Positions 1 to 13,389 of a stretch of 64,000 nt of DNA are shown here, piece after piece (the first letter of the stretch is position 1; every line of letters starts with the position of its first letter). Source of the stretch: the human T2T-CHM13v2.0 reference genome, Homo sapiens; the NCBI RefSeq assembly GCF_009914755.1, contig NC_060925.1, one strand, 5' to 3'. Made by a program: the position numbers and the translations under genes. Below the pieces are notes generated by a model that saw only the letters and a list, made by a program, of their open reading frames with translations, did no database searches and was not told where the DNA came from.

Positions 1-60
1 ATAATATGTAATATGACATAATAATATGTTATATTATTATATATTATAATATATAATAAG
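1..60. repeat. AT-rich low-complexity tract
   Basis: Almost pure A/T with (TA/ATA) micro-repeats at window start. Confidence 0.7.
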
Positions 61-325
61 ATAAGATAAAAATAAAATGTAAAGAAAATGAAATCACAAA
101 AGTGTTAGATTTTGGTATTTATATAATTTAGTGGGAAAAAACTCTGACTACAATACCAAACCAGACAACTTAAAAGATTGACTGACTTTACTAAAATATA
201 CTTTAAAAATCTACAGAAAAGAGAATGAAAAAGGGAAAAGTGAGCAAACTGAGTATAAAATATATAACAAATAATTATTTGACATGTGCTACCTTTTTAT
301 CCAACATTGACATTTTTGGTATTAA

Positions 326-661
<336 letters not shown>

Positions 662-1029
662 GTGAAATAATGTTTCAGAAGAATAAATTTTATTGAACAT
701 TTTTTGAGTTCCTTTTAGTAGTTGTTACTAGTTTTCTATTAATTACAAGTCATAAAATATTTATTTAGCTTTCATTGTATCATCTTTCTACTTTTAAGAA
801 TATTTCTACTCTGAGTTCCTTAAGCTATAGGACAATTTGAAAACAAAATACCAACAGTAAATAACAAAGAAAAAGAACAATGAGTACTTTAGCAAAATGG
901 AAAGAGTTGTGGTGATGTCTTAACAATAAGCTTTTAGAGCCCCCTGTGTGTCTATATTGTATATTACTAGGAATTCTGTGTTGCTTGAGATAGTAGACAC
1001 ATCACAGCAACAGAGCAGAAATTTTTATC

Positions 1030-1066
1030 TGTGTGTGTGCGTGTGTGTTCATGTGCATGTGTGTGT
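1030..1066. repeat. Imperfect (TG)n microsatellite
   Basis: TGTGTGTGTGCGTGTGTGTTCATGTGCATGTGTGTG. Confidence 0.7.
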
Positions 1067-1462
1067 TGGGGTCATGAAATAGTTGATAATTTTTGCATTT
1101 AATTTTTATTTTTTGTATTCTGAATAAAAAAATTAGTAACATTAGCTTTAACCAAACACTACAAATTCAATGTCAATCCTATCAAAGAAAATACCAACAT
1201 CATCTTTCACAGAATTAGAAAAAACAACCCTAAAATTCATACGGTACCAACAAAAGCCCAATAGACAAAGCAATCCTAAGCAAAAAGAATGAAGCTGGAG
1301 GCATCATATTATGTAACTTCAAATTATATTACAAGGCTATAGTAACAAAATAGCATGGTATTGGTATAAAAATACACACATTGATTAATGAAACAGAATA
1401 GAGAACCCAGAAATAAAGCCACATATTTACATCCAACTGATCTTTTAAAAAGATGACAGAAA

Positions 1463-1726
<264 letters not shown>

Positions 1727-2315
1727 TTAGTCAATAAACTGTGCTGGGAAAATTGGCTACCTATATGCAGAAGAATGGAACTGGACCCCTATCTCTCACC
1801 GTATATAAAAATAAACTCAAGATGGAATAAAGACTTAAATGTAAGACCTGAGTCTATAAAAATACTAGACAAAAATCTAGGGAATCTCTTCTGGACATTG
1901 GTCTAGGCAAACAATTTATCACGAAGATCTCAAAAACACAGGCAACAAAACAAAAATAGACAAATGATAGTTAACTAAACTAAAAAAACTTCTGCTCAGC
2001 AAAAGAAATAACAGAGTGAACAGACAGCCCACTGAATGAGAGAAAACATTTGCAAACTATGCATCTCACAGGGGACTAATATCCAGACTTTACAAGGAAC
2101 TCAAACAACTCAATAACAACAACAAACAATCAAGTAATTCCATTAAAAAGTGGGAAAGGGACACGAATATTTTATGCCTTTCAAAAGAAGGCACAAAACT
2201 GGCCAATAAGCATAAGAAAAAAATGTTCAACATCACTAATCATCAGAGAAATGCAAATTAAAACCACAGTGAGATAACATCTTACCCCTGTCAGAATGAC
2301 AAGGGTAAGTCAGCA

Positions 2316-2612
2316 GGCTGGGCATGGTGGCTCACGCCTGTAATCCCAGCACTTTGGGAGGCCAAGGCGGGCAGATCATGAGGTCAGGAGATCAAGACCA
2401 TCCTGGCTAAAAGGGTGAAACCCCGTCTCTTCTAAAAAAAATACAAAACATTAGCCAGGCATGGTGGTGGGTGCCTGTAGTCCCAGCTACTCGGTAGGCT
2501 GAGGCAGGAGAATGGTGTGAACCCAGGAGGTGGAGCTTGTAGTGAGCCAAGAAAGCGCCACTGCACTCCAGCCTGGGCGAGAGAGTGAGACTCCATCTCA
2601 AAAAAAAAAAAA
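2316..2612 (+). mobile_element. Alu (AluY/Sc-like) inserted in L1
   Basis: GGCTGGGCATGGTGGCTCACGCC...GGAGAATGGTGTGAACC...poly-A; TSD-like AAGTCAGCAG / AAGTCAACAG. Confidence 0.93.
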
Positions 2613-3329
2613 AAGTCAACAGATGTTGGTGAAGATGTGGAGAAAAGAGAACCTTTATCAACTGTTGGTGGGAATGTAAATTAGTACAACCTCTATGGAC
2701 ACCTGTATACAGAGTTCTCAAAGAACTAAAAATAGAACTATCATTTGATCTAGGAATCTCACTACTGTGTATCTACCCAAAGGAAAAGAAATCAATAAGT
2801 CAAAAAGATATCTTCTGCACTTTTATGTTTATCACAGCACTATTCATAATAACAAAGATGTGGAACCACCCTAAGTGTGAATCAGTGGATGACTGGAGAA
2901 AGAAAATGTGATATATACAAAACAGATTACCATTCATCCATCAAAAGGAATGAAATCATGTCTTCTGCAGCAACACCAGTGGAACTGGAGGTTATTATTG
3001 GCATCTTCTCATCTATAAATTGCAGCTAAATAATGCATACACATAACAGACATTGGAGACTTGGAAGGGTGAGAAGGTGATGAGAAATTACTTAATGGGT
3101 ACAATGTACATTATTGGGGTGACGGATACAATAAAAGCCAAGACTTTATCACTATGCAATATATCCGTGTAACAAAATACAATTATTTTAAAATGATGCA
3201 TCATATTCTGTTTACTTTCAGTGAATGGAAGTATTTGACAGAGAAATACCTTTGGAAAAAAATACACACAAAGACTGAAATACGCTGATAATTATCATTA
3301 GTGGCAAAATGAGTGAAAATCATAAAAGG

Positions 3330-3995
3330 ACAATTTACCAGGAAAATGTAAACTTAGATGCAAAAATACTCAAACTCACTAATAAATTTAAAAATGGAAA
3401 AAATTTGAAAGCATAAAAATATTGTTTTTCATCTAATTGGTAAAGATGCAAGATAGTCATCATTAATGTTCTCAAGGATTTGGATAAACAGTTATTTTCA
3501 TTCACTGCATAATGAGAGTATAAACTGATACAAACATTTATACAGGATAATTTGACAATACATATTTTAAAATACAAATAATTTGATCCAACAATTGCAC
3601 TTTTAGGACTTTATTTCAGGGAAATAATTAAAGATGTACACAAACGCATTTGTATGAGGATGCTTCAGTATACTATCATTTATAGCAAGAAATAACATAA
3701 AAATAGAAATAACCTAACCTAAATTTCAAATAGTAAGTCTCCAGTTACAATACTATATAGTCCTTAAAGAGTTATGATATGTTATGTAGTATATTTATTG
3801 ATATGGAAATATATTTATGACATAAAGTTGAACAAAAATATAAAAATATACAGTATAATGTCAGTTTTGTAAACAATTATTCATATCTAATTCTGGAATG
3901 ATATTTATTAAAACATTAACAATTATATGTAAGTGGATGAATTAAGGAATATGTGTTTTTGCTTGTTTTTACTTATCTGTATTTCTGATTTTTTC
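3330..3995 (+). mobile_element. Ancient L1M (L1ME-like) 3' fragment
   Basis: Degenerate TTTGATCCAACAATTGCACTTTTAGGA... and AAATAGAAATAACCTAA motifs typical of old L1 3' ends. Confidence 0.55.
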
Positions 3996-4849
3996 TACAA
4001 TATATATTAGTTTAATTTCAGAAATTAGTTTTAAGAGCATGTTATTTGATCAAAATCTAGGAAATATCAGCATATGCAAGTTTTGTTTCCAGTAGTTCGG
4101 GAGCCAGCCTTCCACACACACACTTCAATCTCCTCTCTGGCTGTGTTTTCTATATATTTGTTAATGTCCTTCTGTTTTGGCTGTATCCTCCAGTTTAGCA
4201 ATGTGCACTTCTGATTCCCTTGACCTTTGAATCTTCTACTTTGCTCCTTGAACTCTTCCTACTGGATTACTCAGGAAAGTATCTGCATAATAAACCCTCA
4301 CTGGCATAATCCTAGGAGCCGCATATTTATATACAACCCTTAAAAAGAGTTATGACTTTTCTGGCCTTGCCTTTTTTTGGTGTGGCCTCTGGTGGAGTTT
4401 ATCAAAACAATATTGAATGAGGGCTGTGAGTAGCCAAAGAAGGCTTGCCAGAAGAGGAGCCACCTGACCTTAGCTGGGAAAGATGAGGTGGAACCTGGAG
4501 AAATGGGCATTAAGGAGAAAGGATTTTTTAAATGTTCAGGTGTGAAAAGCAGCATGAGCAGAAGCATGGTAAGAGCAAGTAAACCAGCCATTTGGAGTGG
4601 AGTGTTCATATGGGGCTCAGAGGAGGAGGCAGTGCTAGGAAGTATGGTTAAAAAAATTAAGGGCAAATTTTGCATGATTTTGAGTTGGAACTTTGTTATG
4701 AGCTATGAGCCCAGAGGGGAAGAAAAGTTAATAGAAAGTAAAAGCAAACCACATTATAAGAAAAATTAGACTAAATATTACAAGACAGGAAAAATGTTTT
4801 CAATAATGCCTAAGCAACTTGTATTAGTTAGCCCTACTCAATTTGGTGT

Positions 4850-5250
4850 CAATTTACCTTTCCAGATTATTCTCTCTTTACTCTCCCCATAAACTTTACC
4901 TATGTTACAATTAGCCAATCTTTAAATATATCTTATCTTTTTATTCTTCCATGACTTTGTATATTACTTCCTCTGTCTAGATTGTCTTTTCTTACTTTTC
5001 CAACAGGCAATATACTATTTATTCTTCAAAGTCTAACTCAAATGCCAACTCCTCTGTGAGGTAGCACCCTTGATCTCTCCAAGCAGTTACAGTACTTGGC
5101 ATTTTTGCTACAGTTACTGTGGATGTGTTGATCTTTCCACTTGAACCAGTACCTTCTAAATAGCCAAAACAACTTATTATTCATCTCTAAATCCCAGAAC
5201 CTAGCCTATGGTCAAGCATATAGTGGGTGCTTAATAAATGTTTGTTAAAA
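4850..5250 (+). mobile_element. L2 LINE 3' end fragment
   Basis: CTCAAATGCCAACTCCTCTGTGAG...CATATAGTGGGTGCTTAATAAATGTTTGTTAA, typical L2 terminus. Confidence 0.65.
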
Positions 5251-5734
5251 GCATAACCAAAAGTTAGCAAAAGGATGTATACTATATGGCAATAAAAAGA
5301 GACTGGGTTATAGAAAATATATATATATTGTTTTCCTTAATTTTCTACTAACTTCTATATCCAAGTGAGAAGTATTATTTAATATAGAAAGATATTGAAT
5401 CACTTGAATCATAATGAATCATTTTAATCATTCAACTAAATTTATTTTAATTAACAAATACCTTTATATACCTTTCCTAGCCTTGCATAACATTAAGCTA
5501 AGTCCAATCTTTATAAACCAGTTAACTCCTTAGCATAATGAACAAGTTATCTTCATTTTTCTTATTAGAGTAATGTTAGTGAAGGCGGTCCAAGTTTATA
5601 TATAATAATTGTACCATGCCAAGGTACAGAAGAAATAGGCTTGGAGAAATCACCAAGAAAATTATTCTACCTGTCTAAAATATGGCTTTTGTATCATACA
5701 AAATGAAAGACAAATCAAGCATGTTTTAAAATGC

Positions 5735-5828
5735 AGTTTCCTTTTCAGTAAAATGGGAATAAAACTTACAGACTATAGAGTTTACATGAAAATTATATGT
5801 GACAATGCTTGTAAATACCTGGACTGTA
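5735..5828 (+). mobile_element. MIR fragment adjoining LTR12
   Basis: CAGTTTCCTTTTCAGTAAAATGGGAATAAAA...TGTGACAATGCTTGTAAA MIR core. Confidence 0.6.
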
Positions 5829-5832
5829 TTTG

Positions 5833-7225
5833 TGAGAAAAGACCGCGTGCTGGCAGCCCTCACTCACTCTCGGCACCTCCTCAGCCTCTGCGCCCACTCT
5901 GGCCATGCTTGAGGAGCCCTTCAGCCCGCCGCTGCACTATGGGAGCCCCTCTCTGGGCTGGCCGAGGTCAGAGCCGCCTCCCTCTGCTTGCAGAGAGGTG
6001 TGGAGGGAGAGGCGTGGGCAGGAACTGGAGCTGCGGGCGGTCCTTGTGGGCCAGCATGAGTTCCAGGTGGGCATGGGCTCAGCAGACCCTGCACTAGGAG
6101 CAGTCAGCAGGTGCTGCCAGCCCCGGGCAGTGAGGGGCTTAGCACCCGGGCCAGGAGCTGTGGAGGGTGCACCAGGTCCCCCAGCAGTGCCGGCCTGCCG
6201 GTGCTGTGCTCGAATTCTCACTGGGCCTCAGCTGCCTCTCCGCGGGGCAGGGCTCGGGACCTGCAGCCCACCATGCCTGAGCCTCCCCCCTGCTGTGGGC
6301 TCCTGTGCAGCCCCAGCCTCCCCAAGGAGCGCTGCCCCCTGCTCCACAGCGCCTGGTCCACCCAAGGGCTGAGGAGTGCAACGGCGAGGGAATGGCGGGC
6401 AGCTCCACCTGTGGCCCCTGTGCAGGATCCACTAGGTGAAGCCAGCTGGGCTCCTGAGTCTATTGGGGACTTGGAGAACCTTTATGTCTAGCTAAGCGAT
6501 TGTAAATACACCAATCAGCACTCTGTGTCTAGCTCAAGGTTTGTAAATGCACCAATCAGCACTCTGTGTCTAGCTAATCTGGTGGGGACTTGGAGAACCT
6601 TTACGTCTAGCTAAGGGATTGTAAATACACCAATCAGCACTCTGTGCCCAGCTCAAGGTTTGTAAACACACCAATCAGCACCCTGTGTCTAGCTCAAGGT
6701 TTGTAAATGCACCAATCAGTGCTCTGTGGGGACTTGGAGAACGTTTGTGTCTAGCTCAGGGATTGTAAACACACCAATCAGCACCTTGTCAAAACAGACC
6801 AATCAGCTCTCTGTAAAACAGACCAATTAGCTCTCTGTAAAATGGACCAATCAGTAGGATGTGGGTGGGGCCAGATAAGGGAATAAAAGCAGGCTGCCCC
6901 AGCCAGCAGTGGCAACCTGCTCAGGTCCACTTCCACATTGTGGAAGCTTTGTTCTTTCACTCTTTGCAATAAATCTTGCTGCTGCTCACTTTTTGGGTCT
7001 GCACTGCCTTTATGAGCTGTAACACTCACCGCAAAGGTCTGCAGCTTCACTCCTGAGCCAGCGAGACCACGAACTCACCAGAAGGAAGAAACTCTCAACA
7101 CATCCGAACATCAGAAGGAACAAACTCCGGACATGCCGCCTTTAAGGACTGTAACACTCATGGTGAGGGTCTGCGGCTTCATTCTTGAAGTCAATGAGAC
7201 CAAGAACCCACCAATTCCGGACACA
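5833..7225 (+). mobile_element. LTR12 (LTR12C-like, ERV9/HERV9) solo LTR
   Basis: TG...CA termini (TGAGAAAAGACCGCGTGCTGGCAGCC ... CCAATTCCGGACACA), perfect 4-bp TSD TTTG (5829-5832, 7226-7229), GC-rich U3 then tandem CCAATCAG repeats. Confidence 0.95.
6480..6895 (+). promoter_or_regulatory. LTR12 U3 enhancer/promoter: tandem CCAAT (NF-Y) boxes, GATA site and AATAAA TATA-like box
   Basis: About nine CCAAT motifs between 6511 and 6851, followed by CAGATAAGGGAATAAAAGC (6872-6890). Confidence 0.8.
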
Positions 7226-7284
7226 TTTGGATCACAATGAACCCTCAAGAATCTAAAGCTAATGTTACTTACTTAAGAAACCTA

Positions 7285-7601
<317 letters not shown>

Positions 7602-8212
7602 AACAACTCTAGAAACTAGGATTTTCCAATCCTGAATGAATATTTGGCTTTCTAGATGCTAAGCAACGAGATGATTGGCATATGGCTAAGACCTCCTTCC
7701 AAGGGCCACTAGGTGACAATAACAAGGAGAGAAAGTAATTAATTTGAATCACTAAATTTGTAACATAACCAATCACAGAGCTTTATATGTCTTGTCCCCT
7801 TGCCAGTTCTGTCCCTCTCTAGTCTACACCTCTAATCCATAATTCTGAGCCCTACTTGCCAAGTCAACTCTGATCTATTCTCCTCAATAAGCATTCCACA
7901 ACGAATACCATCTCCCTTGTCATACTTGTGGATGCTGGGAAGGGGATTAACCTGGTGGGAAGACTGATGAATTGACTGGCAGGGAACCTGTGTTCTAGTC
8001 CCTGCTCTACTCCTTATTAGTCCCTTCTCTATTCCTTACAACCCTATCCTTTCACTTTGTTGTAGGTAAAAGAAACAGGAAACTACATTCTAGGAGAGGA
8101 AAAAGGGGACATGTAATGGTTTGTTCAGAGGAGAAAGTTTTAAGTTTTGAATAAAATAGGGCAAGCAGAAGAAAAGCACACTCAGGCCTTTTAGCGATGT
8201 CTGACCACATGT

Positions 8213-8944
8213 TGTAAGGAGCCGAGAATACTGTAAACAAGCTAATATATCAGCAAGAGTGTTCTGAAACTTAAGTATTTTTCTCGTAATGGGTTATCTT
8301 GTAAAGCCAGGACAGAAATAATATGTATTAGCCTATAAAGGGCATTAGATTGCTAATCTCCTTCAGGTTGCCACATATTTGTGAACTAAATGTGCTATAT
8401 ATTGCCCCTAGTCCTCCACTGAATGTCCTGATTACTGATTTGCTGGTGCCATAGTGTAGCCCAGAGTCCCTGGGCTTTGGGATATGCACTGTGAAAAAGT
8501 ATCCCCTCGTAACTGTTGCACTTTGAATTCTTGTTGTTTCACAAAAGTGGTAGAAAGAAGTTCAGCCCTGGAAAAAACAAAAAACTGTTGGATCCAGACA
8601 TGTTTCAGCTGGGGATGAACATTGGTGAAACCCCCTCATTACCATACTAAAATTCCCACCCACAGAGGAGCTTATTTGCCATTTTTCATACACGTGACAT
8701 ATGTAGCATGAATGACACTGTGCCTGCGCTGCCTTTTCTCCATCTCTACATACAATGACTCAGGTAACCAGCCCAATAAATGCCCCGTTTTCACTGTTTT
8801 TCAGGAATGCCCTGCTTTAGGAACTGTGCTCAATGTCCTCCTTACTTGTTCAAAGTAATATAATTCTCTTGTTAAATCCTCCTTGGTTATGGTCATTGGA
8901 CTGTCACCTGCTAGCAACTGAACCCACCTGTTGTATGGGTAACA
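8213..8944 (+). mobile_element. ERV1-class solo LTR (family uncertain, MER67-like)
   Basis: TGTAAGG...GGGTAACA termini, perfect 4-bp TSD ATGT (8209-8212, 8945-8948), AATAAA at about 8775. Confidence 0.7.
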
Positions 8945-9359
8945 ATGTATCTGCCTCATGTAAGCAGAAGCTAGTATGTGGGTAAATAATCACATTATTT
9001 TGTCCTTTTGTTTCCTTATTTGTAATATAAAAGAGTAAAATAGGAGTCCTTATTTTACTACCATTAGCATGGTAAAGCCAGAACTAGGACTTTTGTATAT
9101 TCTTCTGTTATTGAGAATTGTGTTCTCACATAAATACCGTGCTCTTCCTTTTCAGTGGTATGTATATTCAGATATAAAATCTCTAAAGAAAATCTGAGGT
9201 GGTAAATCCAATAAATATTTATCAAGCACTAGCACTAAGCACTAAACAAAATACTAACAATATAATCCAGAATCACTTCTGCTACCATTTTAAGGTACTT
9301 TTTATGTGCGCAGCATAATCATTTTATGTGTATTTCCCCATTTATATCTCATCACATCT

Positions 9360-9475
9360 GATCCCCATTTTACAGATTAGAAAACTGAGGTTCAGATTAG
9401 TCTGGTGTACAGAACTATCTGTGGCATACAGATTTGACTGGTTTCAAAACCTATGGTCTTAATTCTATAACTGCC
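9360..9475 (-). mobile_element. MIR fragment
   Basis: ATCCCCATTTTACAGATTAGAAAACTGAGGTTCAGA core motif. Confidence 0.7.
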
Positions 9476-9676
9476 TTGAACATAATGCAGTTAAACTCCC
9501 TAACTTAAAGATGAAGAAACTGAAACCCACAGAGGTTCTCTTGAGAGAACGAGGTGAACCCCGGACTTCTTTCTACTTCTTGAATTCTGTGAGCCTATAC
9601 TATCTACTTGGCACATGTTCATTACTTATTTACATAATCTGGCACATGAATATGTTCCTAACTATCTAATATTCCT

Positions 9677-10225
9677 TGGTAGCAAACTCTAAAATAGTCC
9701 TAAATTAATCCCACCTCCTAATAGTCACATTACCGTTTAATTCCTCTCCAATAGGTGTGAATAAAACCTGTGACTTGTTTCTAACCAAGTCATAAGGTAT
9801 GAAAAAAGTGATGAGATGTCACTTAAATTATGAAGCTACATAACATTATAATTCCTATCTTGCTAGAAGACTCTCTCTATTGCTTTTTCAGCTTTCATGT
9901 TATGATGAAGAAAGCAGCCATGTTGGGGAGGCCCATGTAGCAAAAAACTAAGGGCAGCCACTAGTTAACAGTCACTTAAAAAATGAGGCCCTCAGTCAAA
10001 TAGTCTGCAAGAAACTGAATCCTACCAAAAACCATGTGAGTTTGGAGGATAATCTTCCCCAGTCAAGTTTTCAGATGAGATCCCAGCCTGGCCTATATTT
10101 CATTGCAGACTATAAGAGATCCTGAAGCAGAGAACCCAGCTAAGATATACTTGGATTCTTGACTCACAGAAACTATATGTTGTTTAATCCGTTAATGTTG
10201 GGGTAAAATTGTTATACAAAATGAG
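9677..10225 (+). mobile_element. MaLR solo LTR (MLT1E/F-like)
   Basis: CCTGTGACTTGTTTCTAACC...GAAACTGAATCCTACCAAAAACCATGTGAG...CCCAGCTAAG...CACAGAAACT...TTGTTATAC. Confidence 0.75.
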
Positions 10226-10908
10226 AAAGTCTAAGTTCACATATTAGTGAGAGAGTGAGCTGGAATTTTAACTCTGATCTCTGTGACTCAAAGACACATA
10301 TATCTATGGTATATGAGTACCTGTAATGAAGTGCTGTAAGGATTAAATGAAACATATGTAAAATTTTAGCACAGTTCTTGGCACACAATAAACATTCCTT
10401 AAATGATTTTTGTTGTTGTTTTAAAGTTATACAACTATGTCTACTATCAAATAAAAGCAAATACTATTTGAAACCTCAAAAACAATAAAGGCTTAGAGGA
10501 AATCAATTGTAAACACAAATCAAGATATATTAGATTTTATACCCTGTGTTTATTTTTATTTATTTTTCCATAAGTTATGGGAGTACAGGTGGTAATTGGT
10601 TACATGAGTAAGTTCTTTAGTGGTGGTTTGTGAGAATTGGATGCACCCATCACCCGAGCAGTATACAATGCACCATATTTGTAGTCTCTTATCCCTTGCC
10701 TCCCTCCCACTTTTCCCCAAAGTCCCCACAGGCCATTGTATCATTCTGATGCCTTTGCGTCCTCATAGCTTACCTCCCACATGTCAGTGAGAACATATGA
10801 TGTTTGGTTTTCCATTTCTGAGTTACTTCACTTAGAATAGTCTCCAATCTCATCTAACCCAGGTCACGGCAAATGCTGTTAATTCATCCCTTTTTTATGG
10901 CTGAGTAG

Positions 10909-11060
10909 TATTCCATCATATATATGTGTGTGTATATATATGTGTATATATATTCCATCATATATATGTATATGTATTTATATATGTATATTCCATCATA
11001 TATATTTACATATGTATATATGTATATATATATTCCATCATTATATATATACATATATAC
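10909..11060. repeat. TA-rich minisatellite inside L1 (about 40-bp period)
   Basis: TATTCCATCA recurs at 10909, 10951, 10989 and 11031, separated by (TA/TG)n. Confidence 0.85.
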
Positions 11061-12435
11061 CACAGTGTCTTTATTCAATTGTCGATTGGTGGGCATTTGG
11101 GTTGGTTCCATGATTTTGCAACTGTGAATTTTGTTGTTATGAACATGCGTTTGCAAATATCTTTTTTGTATAATGACTTCTTTTCCTCTGGGTAGATACC
11201 CAGTAGTGCAATTGCTGAATGAAATGCTAGTACTACTTCTAGTTCTTTAAGGAATCTCCACACTGTTTCCCATAGTGGCTGTACTAGTCCCACCAGCAGT
11301 GCAGAAGTATTCCCTGATCACTACATCCATGCCAACATCTACTGTTTTTTGATTTTTTTGATTATGGCCATTCTTGCAGGAGTAAGGTGGTATCGCATTG
11401 TGGTTTTGATTTGCATTTCCCTGATCATTAGTCATATTGTGCATTGTTTCATATGCTTATTAGCCATTTGTATATCTTTTTTTGAGAACTGTCTATTAAT
11501 GTGCTTAGCCCCGTTTTTGATGGGATTGTTTTTTTCTTATTGATTTGTTTGAGTTAGTTGTAGATTCTGGGTATGAGTCCTTTGTCAGATGTATAGATTG
11601 TGAAGATTTTCTCCCACTCTGTGGGTTGTTTGCTTACTTTGCTGACTGTTCCTTTTGCTGTGCAAAAGCTCTTTAGTTTAATTAAGTCCCAACTTTTATC
11701 TTTGTCTTTATTGCATTTGCTTCTGGGTGCTTGGTCATGAAATCCTTCCCTAAGCCAATGTCTAGAAGAGTTTTTCCAATGTTATCCTCTATAATTTTCA
11801 TAGTTTCATGTCTTAGATTTAATCCTTAATCCATCTTGTGTTGATTTTTTAATAAGGTGAGAGATGAGGATCCAGTTTCATTCTCCTACATGTGGCTAGC
11901 CAATTATACCAGCACTATTTGTTGAAAAGGCTGTCCTTTCCTCACTTTATGTTTTTGTTTGCTTTGTCAAAGATCAGTTGGCTGTAAGTATTTGGGTTTA
12001 TTTCTGGGATCTCTATTCTGTTCCATTGGCCTATGTACCTATTTTTATAGCAGTACCAGGATGTTTTGGTGACTATGGCCTTATAGCATAGTTTGAAATC
12101 AGGTAGTGTGATGCTTCCAGATTTGTTCTTTTTGCTTAGTCTTGCTTTGGCCATGCGGGCCCCTTCTTTGGTTCCATATGAATTTTAGAATTGCTTTTTC
12201 TAATTCTGTAAAGAATGATGGTGGTATTTGATGGGGATAGCGTTGAATTTGTAGATCCCTTTTGGCAGTATGGTCATTTTCACAATATTGATTCTACCCA
12301 TCCTTGAGCATGAAATGTATTTGTGTAGTCTATGATTTCTTTCAGCAGTGTTTCATAGTTTTCCTTGGAGAGGTTTTTCACCTTCTTGGTTAGGTATATT
12401 CCTAAGTATTTTATTTATTTCTGCAGCTATTGTAA

Positions 12436-12732
<297 letters not shown>

Positions 12733-12744
<12 letters not shown>

Positions 12745-13389
12745 TAGGGGTTGAGTTCTTGATTTGATTCTCTGCTTGGTTGCTGTCGTTGTAAAGAGAG
12801 ATACTGATTTGTGTACACTAGTCTTGTATCCAGAAACTTTGCTGAATTCTTTTATCGGTTCCAGGAGCTTTCTGGAAGAGTCTTTAGGGTTTTCAAAGTA
12901 AACAATCGTATTGTCAGCAAACAGTGACCGTTTGACTTCCTCTTTACTGATTTGGATGCGTTTTATTTCTTTCTCTTGTCTGATTGCTCTGGCTAGGACT
13001 TCCAGTGCTATGTTGAAGAGGATTTGTGAGAGTGGGCATCCTTGTCTTGTTCCAGAGGGAATGCTTATTATGTTGGCTGTGGGTTTGTCATAGATGACTT
13101 TTATTACATTGAAGTATGTCCCTTGTATGCCAATTTTGCTGAAAGTTTTAATCATAAAGTGATGCTGGATTTTGTCAACTGCTTTTTCTGCATCTATTGA
13201 GATGAACATGTGATTTTTGTTTTTAATTCTGTTTATATGGTGTATCACATTTATTGACTTGCATATGTTAAACCATGCCTGAATCCCTGGTATGAAACCC
13301 ACTTGATCATGGTGGATTATCTTTTTGATATGTTGTTGAATTTGATTAGCTAGTATTTTGTTAAGGGTTTTAGCATCTGTGTTCATCAA
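12733..13389 (-). pseudogene. L1 ORF2 reverse-transcriptase fragment (disrupted)
   Basis: [10 protein letters not shown]...GTRQGCPLS...LFADN (catalytic FADD altered); internal deletion and frameshift. Confidence 0.85.

Noticed and set aside
5753-6491. Overlapping 94-155 aa ORFs in GC-rich DNA
   Set aside because: They lie in the LTR12 U3; stop-poor GC-rich sequence with no recognisable domain.
6480-6860. CRISPR-like repeat-spacer appearance of the CCAATCAG arrays (also 19790-20290)
   Set aside because: Spacers are themselves repeated; these are the known LTR12 enhancer tandem repeats in a primate genome.
10884-11195. Tyr/Ile-rich ORFs on both strands
   Set aside because: Translation artefacts of the TA-rich minisatellite.
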